DNA of 56,911 nucleotides from Thermoanaerobaculia bacterium (GTDB lineage Bacteria; Acidobacteriota; Thermoanaerobaculia; Gp7-AA8): NCBI GenBank assembly GCA_051305935.1, contig JBPPMG010000529.1, positions 1 to 56,911 of the forward strand, read 5' to 3'. Shown piece by piece: positions 55,256 to 56,911 of this stretch (position 1 is its first letter; each line of letters starts with the position of its first letter). The notes under the pieces were generated by a model. It saw only the letters and a program-made list of their open reading frames with translations, ran no database searches and was not told where the DNA came from. The position numbers and the translations under genes were made by a program.

Positions 55256-55978
55256 CTAGCGCTCCTCGTTCTCCCAGCCCGCGGCAAGCGCGCGCAGGAT
55301 CTCGATCCGGTCCATCGCGGCGTTGCGACGCCGGGCGTCGCCTTTCCGTTCGTACGTCGCGTGAAGGTTGGCCAGGACGCGCACCAGCGTCTCCCGCGCC
55401 GTCCACGCGCGCAGATGCTCGGCGCGCAGCGCAACCTGGCCATTCGAGATCTCGCCGAGAAACGACGCGATCTCGGTAATCGTCATCGTTCGCCCACCGT
55501 GGAACGGATCGACGTAGACCTCGGAGAGGTCGAAGCAGACCTTCGCCAGGTAGTGCCCCGGCAGGCCGACCCCATGCGCGTCGAGGCCGGCCAGCCGCGC
55601 GACGCGAAGGAAGAGGATCGAGAGCGTGATCGGAATGCCCACCTTCCTCTCGATGACCTCGTTGAGGAACGAATTGCGCTCGTCAAAGTAGTCGCCGACG
55701 TTGCCGACGAAGCCTTCCTGGTCGAAGAGTACCGCGTGGACGTGCCCAAGGCGGAAGATCGCCGGCTCGTCGCGCTGGCTGCGATCGAGCACGCGCTCGG
55801 CGAACAGGTCGATGCGCTCGAGCGTCGCCTCGACGTCGAGCTGCGGGTACTCCTCGAGCGCGATCAGCAGCGCGCCTTCCGCGACGTCGGCGGGTCCAAG
55901 CTCGCGTGAGGCGAACTCCTCGAAACGCCGCCGGGCTTCGGTCGGATGGATGAAAATCGCCTCGCTCACTCGTGTCAT
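55256..55978 (-). CDS. SirB1/UPF0162-like protein (transglutaminase-like N-terminus plus TPR-like C-terminus)
   Basis: Start taken at ATG 55978. GIPITLSILFLRVARLAGLDAHGVGLPGHYLAK fits the SirB1 N-terminal family, recalled from memory. Confidence 0.6.
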   Translation of the reverse strand: MTRVSEAIFIHPTEARRRFEEFASRELGPADVAEGALLIALEEYPQLDVEATLERIDLFAERVLDRSQRDEPAIFRLGHVHAVLFDQEGFVGNVGDYFDERNSFLNEVIERKVGIPITLSILFLRVARLAGLDAHGVGLPGHYLAKVCFDLSEVYVDPFHGGRTMTITEIASFLGEISNGQVALRAEHLRAWTARETLVRVLANLHATYERKGDARRRNAAMDRIEILRALAAGWENEER

Positions 55979-56745
55979 ACTGGCCGGAAAGCTCACCACC
56001 CGTGCGACCCGACCGTTCCGAAGCAATTATCCTGCAAAGCATCCCTTCGCGCGAGCGCGATAAGCTCGTCGTCTTCCTCACACCCGAAAAGGGCAAGCGC
56101 AAAGGCTGGGCCTACGGCGCGCGCGGCATGCGCAGCCGCTTCGGCGCCGCCCTCGAGCCGCTCGCAAAAGTCGACATCGTCTTCCTCGAGAAGGAGAGCG
56201 AGGAGGCGGTACGGATCGAGTCGGCGGCAATGATCCGCTCGGCGTTCCCCGCCCAGCAGGACCTCGTCAGATCGCTCGCGGCTACCTACATCGCCGAATC
56301 GGTCGACACCTTCGTGCAGGCCGACGATCCGTCGGAGCTCGTCTACCGCCTCCTCGACCGCTCGATCGAAGCGCTTCTCGGTGGCTCCCCCGTAGAGCCG
56401 GTGGTCGCCTACGTCGAGGTCTGGATCCTCAAACTCGGGGGCGTCTTCCCGTCGATCCGCAATTGCACGATCTGCCAGCGGCCGCTCGAACGGCCGCTAC
56501 GTTGCGACATCCGCGGCGGCCTCGTCTGCGCGGAGTGCGCGGAACCGGGAATGCTCATGGTCTCCAACGCCGCCGCCGACCTGCTGGTCTCCCTCATGAC
56601 GAACCCGATCGACGAATTCGCCGCGCAGAAACTCCACCTCGACGACCTCTTCGAGCTCCGCGCCCTCGCCCGCGACCTCCGCCGCTACGTCCTCGGCCAC
56701 GAGCTCAAATCACACGACCTGCTGCAGTCGGTGATACGGAACTGA
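55972..56745 (+). CDS. recO: DNA repair protein RecO
   Basis: N-terminal OB-fold pattern (EAIILQSIPSRERDKLVVFLTPEKGKRKGWAYGAR) and zinc motif CTICQRP..LVCAEC. The listed start is GTG at 55972, so the start is uncertain. Confidence 0.85.
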   Translation: MSYWPESSPPVRPDRSEAIILQSIPSRERDKLVVFLTPEKGKRKGWAYGARGMRSRFGAALEPLAKVDIVFLEKESEEAVRIESAAMIRSAFPAQQDLVRSLAATYIAESVDTFVQADDPSELVYRLLDRSIEALLGGSPVEPVVAYVEVWILKLGGVFPSIRNCTICQRPLERPLRCDIRGGLVCAECAEPGMLMVSNAAADLLVSLMTNPIDEFAAQKLHLDDLFELRALARDLRRYVLGHELKSHDLLQSVIRN

Positions 56746-56911
56746 GGCCGAAGGCGGAAGGCGACAGGCGAGAGGCGATGAGCAAGCAGTGCTGACTGCT
56801 GACTGCTGACTGCTGACTGCTGAGTGCTGAGTGCTGAGTGCTGAGTGCTGAGTGCTGAGTGCTGAGTGCTGAGTGCTGAGTGCTGAGTGCTGAGTGCTGA
56901 GTGCTGAGTGC
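56746..56911. repeat. Two consecutive heptamer arrays: GGCCGAA GGCGGAA GGCGACA GGCGAGA GGCGATG, junction AGCAAGC, then AGTGCTG x1, ACTGCTG x4, AGTGCTG x12.7 (cut by window end)
   Basis: Phased by hand, starting directly after the recO stop (56743..56745). The second array runs from 56788 to the last base of the window. Confidence 0.9.

Overview
This is a high-GC bacterial chromosomal segment, roughly two-thirds G+C by eye. It comes from a diderm organism (LptD-like protein, pseudopilin, lipoproteins). I cannot fix the lineage from sequence alone.

Gene content: I call about 50 protein genes, densely packed on both strands and mostly housekeeping. They include ribF (3' part), an lptD-like gene, a sugar nucleotidyltransferase with a methyltransferase and a large GT-C/YfhO-like membrane protein, a 2-hydroxyacid dehydrogenase, hutI, divIVA, tspO, an FHA-GGDEF protein, an ABC pair, yggT/yggS and tRNA-Met(CAT). 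Further genes are a LysM protein, AMMECR1, tatD, a thiolase, an M20 peptidase, a Ser/Thr kinase, a pseudopilin, smc, a Crp/Fnr regulator, a tandem Usp, archease-rtcB, an FKBP and a response regulator. The remaining calls are an ECF sigma/anti-sigma pair, a PAS-DUF4388 sensor, an M19 dipeptidase, fur, EamA, a DCC protein, an esterase, a deoxyhypusine-synthase homologue and recO.

Accessory island: one clear island lies at about 29.7-36.95 kb.
- It holds a Sec-signal RHS/YD-repeat polymorphic toxin. Its 139-aa cysteine-rich C-terminal tip carries both secreted-phospholipase-A2 signatures (CCAAHDEC and ACECD).
- Next comes a lower-GC lipoprotein gene, a candidate immunity gene.
- Last is an IS200/RAYT-type Y1 transposase bounded by perfect 23-bp AT-rich inverted repeats.

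Most unusual signal: it is non-coding. At least six intergenic sites carry tandem arrays with a strict 7-nt period. The units differ between sites but draw on a small shared vocabulary. Several arrays form inverted pairs around 55-100 bp cores that share an AAGCAG(G)C / GCCTGCTCT junction.

Many long ORFs in the six-frame track are antisense or alternate-frame artefacts of high GC and were not called.
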